A stretch of DNA of 64,000 bases from Candidatus Poribacteria bacterium (GTDB lineage: Bacteria; Poribacteria; WGA-4E; JAJDTR01). The position numbers and the translations under genes are program-made. Each line of letters begins with the position of its first letter. The stretch's first letter is position 1. This document shows positions 51,936-62,396 of this stretch, piece after piece. The notes beneath the pieces were generated by a model, which saw nothing but the letters and a program-made list of their open reading frames with translations, was not told the DNA's origin and searched no databases. The stretch covers positions 2,656,001 through 2,720,000 of the forward strand of contig CBDCTK010000002.1 of the NCBI GenBank assembly GCA_965222225.1. Direction: 5' to 3'.

Positions 51936-52255
51936 CCCGACGAAAAGGGGGCTGAATGCTTCCTAATTCATCTTGCGCCATCTCAATTGAAATCTGCCCT
52001 GGATGAATCCGTCTATGAACGCAGATTAGATGCCATCTTCTTCAGTTCAATCCCCTCAAAATAGGCGAATCCCATTACGACGCCAATGAGATCGCCGCAA
52101 TTCAAAATTGAACCAAGCATGCTGCCGAAACCCCTTTGAGGTCGTAGGCAAGCGGTTCCCCATGCGCATCTGCCACAAACTGCGCCGCTGGCCCCAGCAC
52201 CTGCTGCCAACCAAAAGGAAACCGAATCCTATGTATGAATCGCGGCGGTTTTTAA

Positions 52256-52284
52256 TTGACAACTCCACGCACGTATAGTATAAT
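52256..52284 (+). promoter_or_regulatory. Consensus sigma70 promoter
   Basis: TTGACA-17 nt-TATAAT, perfect match. Confidence 0.75.
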
Positions 52285-53487
52285 AGCGCCAACTCGGCGA
52301 TGCCGGTTAGAGATAGTCGCACACCTGTCGCTTCCGGTAATGAGCCGCCGAGAGGAAAATCCAATGTGTATTGTGTGCATTGCGTTCACCCGCGCATCCT
52401 CTAAATCTGTGCTATCAAAAGCTTCCACCGTCTTTGAAGAAGTGAACGCGCCTTCCGCGCATGGCGCTGAGTGTCAAACTTGTTCGCCTTTGCGCACGCT
52501 GTGTGACGCGAAATTAGTAATAAAACCTATGAGCAAATTGTCGAATCTGTGTCTAAACCGCTTTTCCGGTTCACCTGTTTTTGCCCCTTTTCCGCGTCGA
52601 ATTTGTCGGCACATGAGCGAATCTCGGTGGCATCCGGTCGCAGCGCCTGCCACTGTTTTTGGCAATTTTCGCAGTACGGCGGTGAACGAGGTAAAAGTTA
52701 TATTCGCAGTTTATCGCAGTTTATCGCACACTCAATCACGACGCCAAAACCATGTACGAAGCCACGCTACGACACGCTACGACGCAGTTCTCGAGTCGTA
52801 ACGCATTAACTGCGATACAGATTCCTCAAACCACTCTAGGATCAAGCGACCGATCAAAGGAATGAATAATGACTGCGATAGAGTTCCCTCAAGCGAGCGA
52901 TTAGCGAGTGCGATAGAGATCTTACTGCGATAGAAAATCCCGATAGTAGTTCCTGATAGAGCTCCCATGCGATAGTAGAGCCCGGCGCGAGAGCATTCCT
53001 AATAAACCCTCCCCAAAAAATATCCACTAACCCCTGCTTTTTTCATTGACCACATTACACATGTATAATATGATGCCGACCAAACGGATATACCGATGAA
53101 TGAATACCGTACTCCCCGCATTGCCAAACTGTCCTGCTCGAACGGATTAGGTCTTCGTCTATGTGCGCACCGTGACTTGACCTTCAAAACAACGATCTTT
53201 TTCTCTTGTACCTATTTTGTACCTATTTGCCGGTAGGTGAACCCGCACTATCAATGAAAACTACTGAAGCAAACAATGTGAGCACCCTCTCGAAATCGCC
53301 GCTCCGTTCACATTCCTGTACCTCTTTCTGGTGCGGTATTTTTACAGAAAATAGGTACAACCACCGCCTAACCCACCCCAAATGGGTGCTGGATCAACTT
53401 TTTTGTACACGCATTCGATCAATCAGCTAAAATCAACCGACTGGATGGCGTGCAGGATTTTTATCGCAGTCGATGTCTGTTCCTTTA

Positions 53488-53784
53488 GATCCTGTTTGAA
53501 AAGTACAGTTTGTAGGGTGCGATCAAAGGAATGAATAATGACTGCGATAGAGATCCCCTGCGATCAACTGAGTGGATAACGAAGGCGATAGTCTTGTAGG
53601 GTGGGATCAAGGGAGCGAATAGCGATCAAGCGACTGAATAAGGAGCACGATAGAAATCCCGTGCGATAGAGATCCTACAGGTATGTAGCAGCCAACAATT
53701 ATGTAGCAGCCAACAATGAAAACATGAAAAAACTTTCTACAAATGACCAAAAATGGCTTTGCCACCGATTATTCAAACAGGTTC
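53488..53784. mobile_element. MITE with IS5-family-like ends, filled with hairpin repeats
   Basis: GATCCTGTTTGAA ... TTCAAACAGGTTC flanked by TTA; the same right end recurs at 57398-57410. Confidence 0.6.
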
Positions 53785-53883
53785 TTAATCGATAGAAATC
53801 CGAGGGCTATTGAGTTCCTACAGTAGTCCAACTGCGATATACATCTTGTACTACTCTAATCAGCGATGTAAGGGAGAATCGAA

Positions 53884-55299
53884 ATGGCGCCGATGGTTCC
53901 GTTTTTTCAACAGGTCAACCTTAACTTCGACACAGCCGCTCAGTTCACCGATTACCCGCGCGGTCTGCTTGAACAGATCAAAATGTGCGATACGGTCTGT
54001 CACATGGCATTCCCGGTCAAACGGGCTGATGGAGCGATTGAGGTAGTGCATGCGTGGCGTGCGGAACACAGTCATCACAAACTGCCGACAAAAGGAGGAA
54101 TCCGTTACAGCACGCTGGTCTGTGAGGACGAGGTGACGGCGCTCGCCGCCCTGATGACGTACAAATGCGCCATCGTCGATGTGCCGTTTGGCGGGGCAAA
54201 GGGCGGTGTCCAAATCGATATCAAGAAGTATTCCGCCGACGAATTGGAACGCATCACTCGGAGCTACACGTATGAATTAGTCCGAAAGAATTTCATTGGT
54301 CCGGGGATAGATGTTCCCGCCCCCGACTACGGTACCGGAGAACGTGAAATGGCATGGATTGCCGACACCTATTCCTCATTGAATCCGGGCAGCTTGGACG
54401 CCTTGGCGTGTGTGACGGGAAAACCTGTTGAGCAGAGCGGGATTCGCGGACGCAGAGAGGCGACCGGCAGAGGCGTGTACGTTGGCATCCGCGAAGCGTG
54501 CAGTTTCTCGGAGGATATGGCTACACTTGGACTTAAGCCGGGCCTGGAGGGAAAACGGGTGGCGGTTCAAGGATTTGGCCAGGTCGGTTACTACTCCGCC
54601 AAATTCTTGGGTGAAGCCGGTGCGGTGGTTGTTGGATTGGCAGATATTGGCGGGGCAATCTACAATCCGAAAGGGTTGGATGTGGAGGAAGTCTTTCAGC
54701 ATCGAGGCGAAACTGGCGCCCTTCTCAATTTTCCCGGCGCGCGCAATCTCCCAAACCCCGCTGACGTCATCGAACTTGAATGTGACATCCTCGTGCCGGC
54801 GGCGCTTGAAAATCAGATAACCCGCGAGAACGCCCCCCGCATCAGAGCCAAGATTATAGCGGAGGCGGCAAACGGACCAACAACCCCTCAGGCTGACGAC
54901 ATCCTCCAGTCAAAAGGGGTGATGGTTATTCCGGATGTGTATCTGAATGCCGGCGGTGTTACAGTCTCTTATTTTGAATGGCTCAAGAACCTCTCGCATG
55001 TGCGGTTCGGTCGGCTAGAGAGTCGATTTGAGGAGAATACGCACAGAAACCTCTTGAAAGCGATTGAAAGCGTGACGGGGGTGCAGTTCTCAGAATCGGA
55101 ACAGGATCGATTGGCGCATGGCGCCACGGAAGAAGATTTGGTGGCGTCGGCGCTTGAGGATACAATGGTGACCGCATACGACGAAATTAGAACGGAATCA
55201 AAAGCGCTCGGACAAAAAGCCCGGTTAAGAACCGCGGCGTTCGTCATCGCTATCAATAAGGTTGCTCGGTCTTATATGCAAACCGGAATCTTCCCGTAA
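53884..55299 (+). CDS. gdhA: Glutamate dehydrogenase (Glu/Leu/Phe/Val family)
   Basis: [53 protein letters not shown]. Confidence 0.95.
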   Translation: MAPMVPFFQQVNLNFDTAAQFTDYPRGLLEQIKMCDTVCHMAFPVKRADGAIEVVHAWRAEHSHHKLPTKGGIRYSTLVCEDEVTALAALMTYKCAIVDVPFGGAKGGVQIDIKKYSADELERITRSYTYELVRKNFIGPGIDVPAPDYGTGEREMAWIADTYSSLNPGSLDALACVTGKPVEQSGIRGRREATGRGVYVGIREACSFSEDMATLGLKPGLEGKRVAVQGFGQVGYYSAKFLGEAGAVVVGLADIGGAIYNPKGLDVEEVFQHRGETGALLNFPGARNLPNPADVIELECDILVPAALENQITRENAPRIRAKIIAEAANGPTTPQADDILQSKGVMVIPDVYLNAGGVTVSYFEWLKNLSHVRFGRLESRFEENTHRNLLKAIESVTGVQFSESEQDRLAHGATEEDLVASALEDTMVTAYDEIRTESKALGQKARLRTAAFVIAINKVARSYMQTGIFP

Positions 55300-56375
55300 G
55301 AAGGTTTCCGCGATTTCATCGTAGTGGGTTCTCTATTCGGTTTTCACGAGAAACGGAAAGGTCTATCGCCGTGCGAGATTATGGTGATTTTGTGCAGAGA
55401 TTACACGGATTAAGCTTGCCCAATTTAGAGCAAGATACTCTTGGGGAGGTCGATGGCTACGCTATCTATCGTCTGCAATTCGGGACATGCCGCGCCTATC
55501 CCAACGAACTCAAAACAATCCCGTTGAAATCGGTCTAGCTATGGAACCTGTGCCCGTGTATCGCCCGAAAAATACGTAAATCTGTGACATTTTGTGACAT
55601 TTTGTGACATTGACCGGAAGTTTTCGGCTGCGATACAGACCCCGGTGCGATAGAGGTTCCATAATGAGTGTCCCGGCTGCATGATCTACGATGCCTGTGG
55701 CGCATATTCGAATCGTGGTCCGTAAAGACCGGATAATCACCCGCATTTTCCTTCAGCCCTTGGCTGTCGCCATCTGTTACCCTGAACGAATTCACAAAGA
55801 ATCGTCAAAATGAGAATGCCTTGCGACGCCGGATCTTTTTCTTGGATTCGCTCAAGAAAGCCGCGCCCCAACATACACAAACACGGCGACACCGTTTCCG
55901 AGAAGCGCCCAAAAAAACCGGCATCTAAATTTACTGAGAAAACTGAATTAACTGAAGAATTTACCTTCTACCACCGTCGAAAATCAGAATTCAACACATG
56001 GTCGCAACAACCGAATGAATTCCTACCCGCGGCTCACATGGGATGAATGGCTGAGTCGCTCGGCATCGCCGAACGCGCATCTTATCTCCGGCAAGCCAGT
56101 GGCAAACAATCTTTGATGTGGCATTACGCTTAAGAAAACTGCAATTTCCCGAAAAGCGCAACCGTTCACTAGTATAGAATTCCCGTAGTAATCTTGGATC
56201 AATAATGTATCTCGCAGGATAGATATCTTGCGGAATCCCATAACAGTCGCTTAACCAAGACAATGACGGACGGTTCAAAATCAACATCGCGCTAGAGACT
56301 GCCTCTAGAGCCGAGAAATCTCAGCCTAAAACCGGGTTGTGCGGCGGAACCAAATCTTATTACACACGAACAGGA

Positions 56376-57266
56376 ATGAAAATACAGACATTACCGGAGG
56401 AACTCAGCATTGATAGCCTGAGCGATTATCCTCGCCGCATCGTCTGCTTGACGGACGAAACCACGGAAACCCTCTATCTATTGGGCGAGGACGCCCGAAT
56501 TGCGGGAGTCTCGGGGTACACGGTTCGCCCCAAGGAGGCGCGCTCCAAGCCGAGACTCTCGGCTTTTGTCAGCGCCAAAATAGACAAGATTGAGGAATTG
56601 CGCCCGGATTTGGTACTCGCTTTTTCCGACTTGCAGGCTGACATCGTGCGCGAGTTAATCCAAAAGGGGTTGACTGTCCTCACCTTCAATCAGAGAAGCG
56701 TCGCCGAGATCTTGCAGATGATTCTGACCTTGGCTAATCTGGTGGGGTGTCCGGAAAAGGGGAGAGCGCTCGCCTCGGAGTTGTCGAGCGGGTTGGAAGA
56801 GATTCGGGCGTCGGCGCGGCGCTTTCCTCGACGGCCTCGGGTATTATTCGAGGAGTGGCACGACCCTTTGATTAGCGGCATTCAATGGGTGGAGGAACTC
56901 ATCGAGTTGGCGGGAGGAGAGCCGATCTTCCCGGAGTTGCGCCATCAGCCGTTGGCGCGCGATCGTATTCTAGACCCCGGTTGCGTAATCGATCCCGATC
57001 CGGAGGTGGTCATCGCTTCTTGGTGCGGCGTCAAGGTGAATAAAGATCGGATCATGGCTCGACCCGGCTGGTCTGGAATAACCGCGGTGCGTTGCGGGCA
57101 CATCTACGAAATCAAATTGACCTACATCTTGCAGCCTGGTCCTGCGGCTCTGACGGAGGGCATCCGGCAGATTCACTTCGTATTGGCTCATGTCGTCGGG
57201 GTTGAGGTGGATCCCCGGCTCAGACCCCGCGAAAGGGTGGACGCCGCATTGGTTTCTTCGGGATGA
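56376..57266 (+). CDS. BtuF-like ABC substrate-binding (cobalamin-binding family) protein
   Basis: PRRIVCLTDETTETLY, LRPDLVLAFSDLQ, FEEWHDPLIS, SWCG, ILQPGPAALTEG. Confidence 0.85.
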   Translation: MKIQTLPEELSIDSLSDYPRRIVCLTDETTETLYLLGEDARIAGVSGYTVRPKEARSKPRLSAFVSAKIDKIEELRPDLVLAFSDLQADIVRELIQKGLTVLTFNQRSVAEILQMILTLANLVGCPEKGRALASELSSGLEEIRASARRFPRRPRVLFEEWHDPLISGIQWVEELIELAGGEPIFPELRHQPLARDRILDPGCVIDPDPEVVIASWCGVKVNKDRIMARPGWSGITAVRCGHIYEIKLTYILQPGPAALTEGIRQIHFVLAHVVGVEVDPRLRPRERVDAALVSSG

Positions 57267-57608
57267 GAGGCATGGGTGAGTGGAGGTCGCGATCGGGAGA
57301 GGGATCTCTATCGCGCTCATTATTCATTCGCTTGATCGCAGGGGATCTCTATCGCAGTCATTATTCATTCCTTTGATCGCACCCTACAAGATTATTATTC
57401 AAACAGGTTCTTAGTCTCGGTTGAGATCACAAATCGCTGGACACGATCACGGATTTATAATAGAATACAACTTCGGGATTGCCTCGTGTCTGAGATGGAC
57501 TATTGTGTTTTCAAAGCATTGATTTGCGCGCGGGATAAGGGCGAGAGGAAGCAAATCTGCCGTTGTAATTTTTGCATTCATTAGATATATCAATTGTTGA
57601 GGAGGAAT

Positions 57609-60600
57609 ATGGCGACATCCGCATTTGTGCATCTTCATAATCATAGTGAATATAGTTTCCTTGATGGCGCGTGCCGCATTGAGGGCATCGTCGATTGGGC
57701 GTATGAGCAGAGCGTGCAAGCCGTGGCGCTGACGGATCACGGTAACATGTTCGGGGCGTGGGAGTTTTACAAGAAGGCGAAGGACAAAGGGGTCAATCCC
57801 ATCGTGGGTTGCGAGGTCTATGTCGCCCCGGAGAGCCGACACGAGCGCGGCAGGGAGCAAGGTAGTCCTTATCACCTGACGCTGCTTGCGGAGGACGCCA
57901 CCGGCTATCGGAATCTCATGAAGCTGGTCTCGCTCGGATATCTGGAAGGATTTTACTCGAAGCCTCGAATCGATATGGAAATCTTGCGCGCGCATCGCGA
58001 CGGGATCATCGCGTTGACGGGGTGCATCCAAGGGTATGTTCCGGCGTTGTTGGCAGCGAACCAGCGTGAAGCCGCGGTGACGAATTTCCAACGGCTGCAG
58101 GACGTTATGGGGCGCGACAATCTGTATGTCGAAGTTCAGAATCACGGGATTCCCGATGAGAAGCGCGCCTACAAAGTGATGACCCAACTCGCTCAGGAGC
58201 ACGGTCTGCCGATTGTCGGGACAAACGACTGTCACTACCTTAACCGGTCGGATCACCGGATGCACGATGTGTTGCTTTGTATTCAGATGAAACGCACGGT
58301 GGATGAAGAAAATCGCATGCGTTTCCTCAACGAGTTTTATTTTAAGAATATTGACGAGATGCGCGAGGCACTGAAGGATTTTCCGCCGGAAGCGATTGCG
58401 AATACGCTTGAGATTGCGAATCGCTGCCAGCTTGAGCTTGATTATGGCGAACAGATTATGCCGAAATACGAAGTTCCGGAGGGTTTCACGGCGGATTCGT
58501 ATCTTGCCAAGCTGTGCGAGGATGCGCTGCGCGAGAAGTACGGCGAAATTTCGACGGAGATGAGAAAACGACTCGACGATGAACTTGATGTCATACAAAA
58601 GACGGGCTACGCCGGGTATCTGCTGATTGTGTGGGATTATGTCAACTTTGCGAGACATCAGAAAATCCCGTTCATTGGCCGCGGATCGGCGGGCGGAAGT
58701 TTGGCTATGTTCGCGCTTGGCGTGACGACGTTCAACCCGTTGGAGTATGATTGCTTGTTCGAGCGGTTCCTAAACCCTGAGCGAGTTAGCATGCCCGATA
58801 TCGACATTGACTTCGGAGATGAACATAGGAAAATCGTCATTGATTATCTAACGGAGAAGTACGGTTCGGAGTGCGTCGGGCAGGTGGCAACCTTCAGCAC
58901 CTTCGCAGCAAAAGCCGCAGTTACGGATGTGGGACGCGCGCTCGATATGGAGATGCAGGATGTTCGCCGAGTGACCCAGCTAATTCCCGCTGTGCCCGGC
59001 GTGACGCTCGACGAGTCCTTGGGGGACGTTCCGCAATTCCGGGAGCTTTCCGAGGCACCGGAAAACCGAGATATGATGGAGGTTGCCAAGTCGATTGAGG
59101 GGATGAAGCGGCATGTTTCCATTCACGCCTGCGGGATTGTATTGGCAAACGGCCCGCTCACCGACTATGTTCCACTCTTCAAGGACAAGAACGACCGCGT
59201 CGCAACACAGTACAATCTCAAGACGCTTGAAGATGTCGGCATGGTGAAGTTTGACTTCCTCGGACTACGAACCTTGAGCGAGGTCTACCACTGTCTAGCG
59301 CAGATTAAGGAGCGGCACGGGGTTGAGCTTACGCTTGAAGGCATCCCGTTTGATAACGAAAAGACGTATCAGGTCATCAGCGCGGGATTGGTTGCCGGGC
59401 TCTTCCAGTTGGAAACCTCGCCGGGGATGCGGCGCGTCACGATGCAAATCAAACCCAACAATTTCGAGGATTTTGTGCCAATTTCCGCGCTTTACCGTCC
59501 GGGACCGCTAGACAGCGGCATGATGGACAAGTTCATCCGCCGAAAACTTAAGGTTGAACCGGTGACTTATCTTCACCCGACGCTGGAAGATGCGCTGAAA
59601 AACACTTACGGCGTCTGCATCTACCAAGAGCAGGTGATGCAGATTGCGCGGGACATGGCTGACTTTACGCTTGCGGAAGCGGATGTTCTCCGCGATGCGA
59701 TGGGCAAGAAGAAAATGGACGTGCTCAAAATGCAGCGCGAGAAGTTCATTGAGGGCGCCGCGAACAACGGAATTGACAAGAAGAAGGCGGGCGAGGTTTT
59801 CGACTATCTCGAACCGTTCGGTCGATACGCTTTTAACCGTTCGCACACCGTCGCTTACGCGATTATGTCTTATCAGACGGCGTACCTCAAAACGCACTAT
59901 CCGCGTGAGTTCATGACGTCGATGATGAGCGGGGAGTCCGGTTCCAGCGAGAAGATTGTGAAGTATATCGCCGAGTGCCGACTGCTATCGGAATTTCTGG
60001 GCATTAAGATGGACGTTCTGCCACCGGGCGTGAATAGCAGCGGTTGGGATTTCACCGTGGACGGAGAAGACATCCGCTTCGGATTGGCTGCCGTCAAAAA
60101 TGTCAACGAAGGCGCGATTGAGTCTATAGTGAAAACGCGTGAAAAGGATGGCTCGTTCACGTCGCTGCAAGATTTCTGTGAGCGAGTCGATTCGAAGGCA
60201 GTCAGTAAACGGGTGATTGAAAGCCTTATAATGGCGGGTGCATTTGATTCATTTGAAGACGGGCACCGAGCGCAGCATTTAGCCAACTTGGAGCAGGTGA
60301 TGCGGGTGGCGCAGTCTGCGCAAGCGGATCGTGAGAAGGGGCAGATGAATCTGTTTGGCGACGCGGAGCAGGAACTGCCAGTTACCGAACCGGTTCTTGA
60401 TGAAGTGTCGGAGTGGGAACATAGTGAGGTGCTCAAGAACGAGAAGGAGCAGCTCGGTTTTTATCTCTCCGGGCATCCGTTGGAGGCGTACGGTGATGTC
60501 CTTGACTATTTTACAACCGCGTCGTCGCAAACCCTTGCCGAAAACCCTAACGGGACAGAGGTGTACGTCGCCGGTCAGATATCTTCGTTTCGCCTCACCA

Positions 60601-61148
60601 AAACGAAGAAGACCGGTGAATCGATGGCTATCTTGGTGATTGAAGATTTGGAGGGCACCTTTGATGTGGTTGTTTTTCCGGAGGCGTACAAAATATCGCA
60701 GCATGCCATTGAGGAGGGGAACTTCGTGTGCATACGCGGGGCAGTGAGCCAGAATCGGCAGCAGGCGCGAACCGACGAAGGGGAGATCGAAGAGGATGTG
60801 CGCCAGATCCAAGCGTCGGAGATTCTGCCTATTGGTCAGGTCGAGGAGCGATTGACATCGGCGGTTGAGGTCACAATTCCCGAATCGGATGTCGCGAATC
60901 AAGAAAAAATGGAAGCGTTACAGGCAATCTGTAGCCAACACGGTGGGGACAACGACCTCATCTTAAAGCTCGCATACCCGCGGTACGGCGAGGTCGTAGC
61001 CCAATGCAGCCCGAAATACAATGTTTCGTATGAACCCACGCTCGTGGCGGAAGTCGAGGCGCTTTTTGGGGATGGCAGCGTCAAGCCCAGCAATCGGACG
61101 ACGCGAGTCGGGGAGCGCACAAACGGTTCTTCGGTTAGTTATGTGTAA
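57609..61148 (+). CDS. dnaE: DNA polymerase III alpha subunit
   Basis: PHP FVHLHNHSEYSFLDG, GRGSAGGS, RVSMPDIDIDF, KFDFLGL, YAFNRSH; GGAGG RBS. Confidence 0.98.
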   Translation: MATSAFVHLHNHSEYSFLDGACRIEGIVDWAYEQSVQAVALTDHGNMFGAWEFYKKAKDKGVNPIVGCEVYVAPESRHERGREQGSPYHLTLLAEDATGYRNLMKLVSLGYLEGFYSKPRIDMEILRAHRDGIIALTGCIQGYVPALLAANQREAAVTNFQRLQDVMGRDNLYVEVQNHGIPDEKRAYKVMTQLAQEHGLPIVGTNDCHYLNRSDHRMHDVLLCIQMKRTVDEENRMRFLNEFYFKNIDEMREALKDFPPEAIANTLEIANRCQLELDYGEQIMPKYEVPEGFTADSYLAKLCEDALREKYGEISTEMRKRLDDELDVIQKTGYAGYLLIVWDYVNFARHQKIPFIGRGSAGGSLAMFALGVTTFNPLEYDCLFERFLNPERVSMPDIDIDFGDEHRKIVIDYLTEKYGSECVGQVATFSTFAAKAAVTDVGRALDMEMQDVRRVTQLIPAVPGVTLDESLGDVPQFRELSEAPENRDMMEVAKSIEGMKRHVSIHACGIVLANGPLTDYVPLFKDKNDRVATQYNLKTLEDVGMVKFDFLGLRTLSEVYHCLAQIKERHGVELTLEGIPFDNEKTYQVISAGLVAGLFQLETSPGMRRVTMQIKPNNFEDFVPISALYRPGPLDSGMMDKFIRRKLKVEPVTYLHPTLEDALKNTYGVCIYQEQVMQIARDMADFTLAEADVLRDAMGKKKMDVLKMQREKFIEGAANNGIDKKKAGEVFDYLEPFGRYAFNRSHTVAYAIMSYQTAYLKTHYPREFMTSMMSGESGSSEKIVKYIAECRLLSEFLGIKMDVLPPGVNSSGWDFTVDGEDIRFGLAAVKNVNEGAIESIVKTREKDGSFTSLQDFCERVDSKAVSKRVIESLIMAGAFDSFEDGHRAQHLANLEQVMRVAQSAQADREKGQMNLFGDAEQELPVTEPVLDEVSEWEHSEVLKNEKEQLGFYLSGHPLEAYGDVLDYFTTASSQTLAENPNGTEVYVAGQISSFRLTKTKKTGESMAILVIEDLEGTFDVVVFPEAYKISQHAIEEGNFVCIRGAVSQNRQQARTDEGEIEEDVRQIQASEILPIGQVEERLTSAVEVTIPESDVANQEKMEALQAICSQHGGDNDLILKLAYPRYGEVVAQCSPKYNVSYEPTLVAEVEALFGDGSVKPSNRTTRVGERTNGSSVSYV

Positions 61149-61301
61149 AAATGTTGGAGATTTGGCGATCCCCGATGGAAATCAACGATTTGATGATCGT
61201 CGATCGCATCCTCCGAGAAGTGGTGGGCGGGGGATTCCTATCGCAGTCACTATCCGTTGGCTTGATCTCCGCTGTATCTTCAAATCACGAAAGGAATCAC
61301 C

Positions 61302-62123
61302 ATGCAATATCGCACACTCGGCCGCACCGGTTTGCGGGTCTCGGAGGTCGGATATGGCGGCGGGCGTGTCGCTCCAAATCAGGATAGGCGCCCGTTAATT
61401 GATATGCTCCATTCCGCCTTTGAGGTTGGGTTGAACTATCTTGACACGGCGCCCGACTACGGAGGCGGATTCAGCGAGGACATTATTGGCGAAGCGGTCA
61501 AGGGACGGCGAGATGAGTGCATTATCGCCACGAAGACCGAAGCCTTCGACCCCAAGGGCATCATGGCGGATGTAGATGGGAGCTTGAAACGGCTGGGGGT
61601 CGATGTGATTGACGTACTGCAGTTTCACGGCGGGTGGTTCGGCGAGGAGGAGACACAGCAGGTTTTGGATGACGGTGGATTAGAAACCTACCGGCTGCTG
61701 CGAGATCAGGGGAAGGTTCGGTTTTTAGGGTTTTCGGCGGATGGGCCTTCGGGAGGCGTTGAGCGCATGATTGGCACGGGCGAGTTTGATGTGATGCAGA
61801 TTCATTACAATCTGATGTATCAGAGCACCTGCGACACCTTCGGTAATCGCGGCATTATCCCCGATGCAAAGGCGCAGGGGATGGGAGTTGTGCTGATGCG
61901 GTCGACAACAAGCGGCGCCTTCCCGAAACTGATGCGGCACTGTTTCTCCAAAGAGATGGAGGGCGTCGACCTTGACGGGTTTTTGCTGAACTTTGTGCTA
62001 TCCAACCCGTTGGTTGATACCGCCTTGATGAGTTTGCAGAGCGCCGAGGACGTGAATTGGACGAATGCCGTTTCGGACGACCTTGATGGGCGGCTTGATT
62101 TTCGGGAGATATATAAGAGATAG
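61302..62123 (+). CDS. Aldo/keto reductase family oxidoreductase
   Basis: MQYRTLGRTGLRVSEVGYG, DTAPDYG, IATK, SLKRLGVDVID, GKVRFLGFS. Confidence 0.92.
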   Translation: MQYRTLGRTGLRVSEVGYGGGRVAPNQDRRPLIDMLHSAFEVGLNYLDTAPDYGGGFSEDIIGEAVKGRRDECIIATKTEAFDPKGIMADVDGSLKRLGVDVIDVLQFHGGWFGEEETQQVLDDGGLETYRLLRDQGKVRFLGFSADGPSGGVERMIGTGEFDVMQIHYNLMYQSTCDTFGNRGIIPDAKAQGMGVVLMRSTTSGAFPKLMRHCFSKEMEGVDLDGFLLNFVLSNPLVDTALMSLQSAEDVNWTNAVSDDLDGRLDFREIYKR

Positions 62124-62396
62124 GGCTCACGCAAATGGTCGCGTAAGGGCAGTTTATCCCCCGTTTCGACGCTACGATCCCCGTTGGAGCGATCTCCCGG
62201 TCGCGACTGCCTATGCGCGTGCGGGGAAAGATGCCCCGCCTACGGGGCTGGTGGGAGTTCTCTGGGAGCTCTATCGCGCAAAGATCTCTATCGCATTCGC
62301 TAATCGCTCATTTGATCCTAATCAGTCGGTTGATCGCTCACTATCCGTTCGCTTGATCCCACCCTACAAATATACTACAAATGTACAAAACCGAGC

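Larger units (their letters stand above)
49500..51958 (+). CRISPR. CRISPR array: 12 repeats (37 nt), 11 spacers (35-39 nt), four repeats interrupted
   Basis: GTAGCAACCATTGCCSCGAYGAAAAGSGGACTGAAAG starting at 49500, 49576, 49649, 49724, 49796*, 50078*, 51163, 51235, 51307*, 51601, 51674, 51748* (* = interrupted); last repeat ends GCTGAATG. Confidence 0.97.

Noticed and set aside
49134-52064. ORFs predicted across the leader and CRISPR array
   Set aside because: They are translations of repeats and cassettes.
53683-53717. ATGTAGCAGCCAACAAT duplicate as a mini-CRISPR
   Set aside because: Adjacent tandem copies with no spacer and only a short resemblance to the repeat start.
55900-56375. Cobalamin riboswitch before the BtuF-like gene
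   Set aside because: No AGGGAA...GCCACTG B12-box pattern seen.
57447-58658. 403-aa antisense ORF, and similar long ORFs opposite recQ, cas1, comM and leuS
   Set aside because: Shadow frames of well-supported genes, with no motifs of their own.
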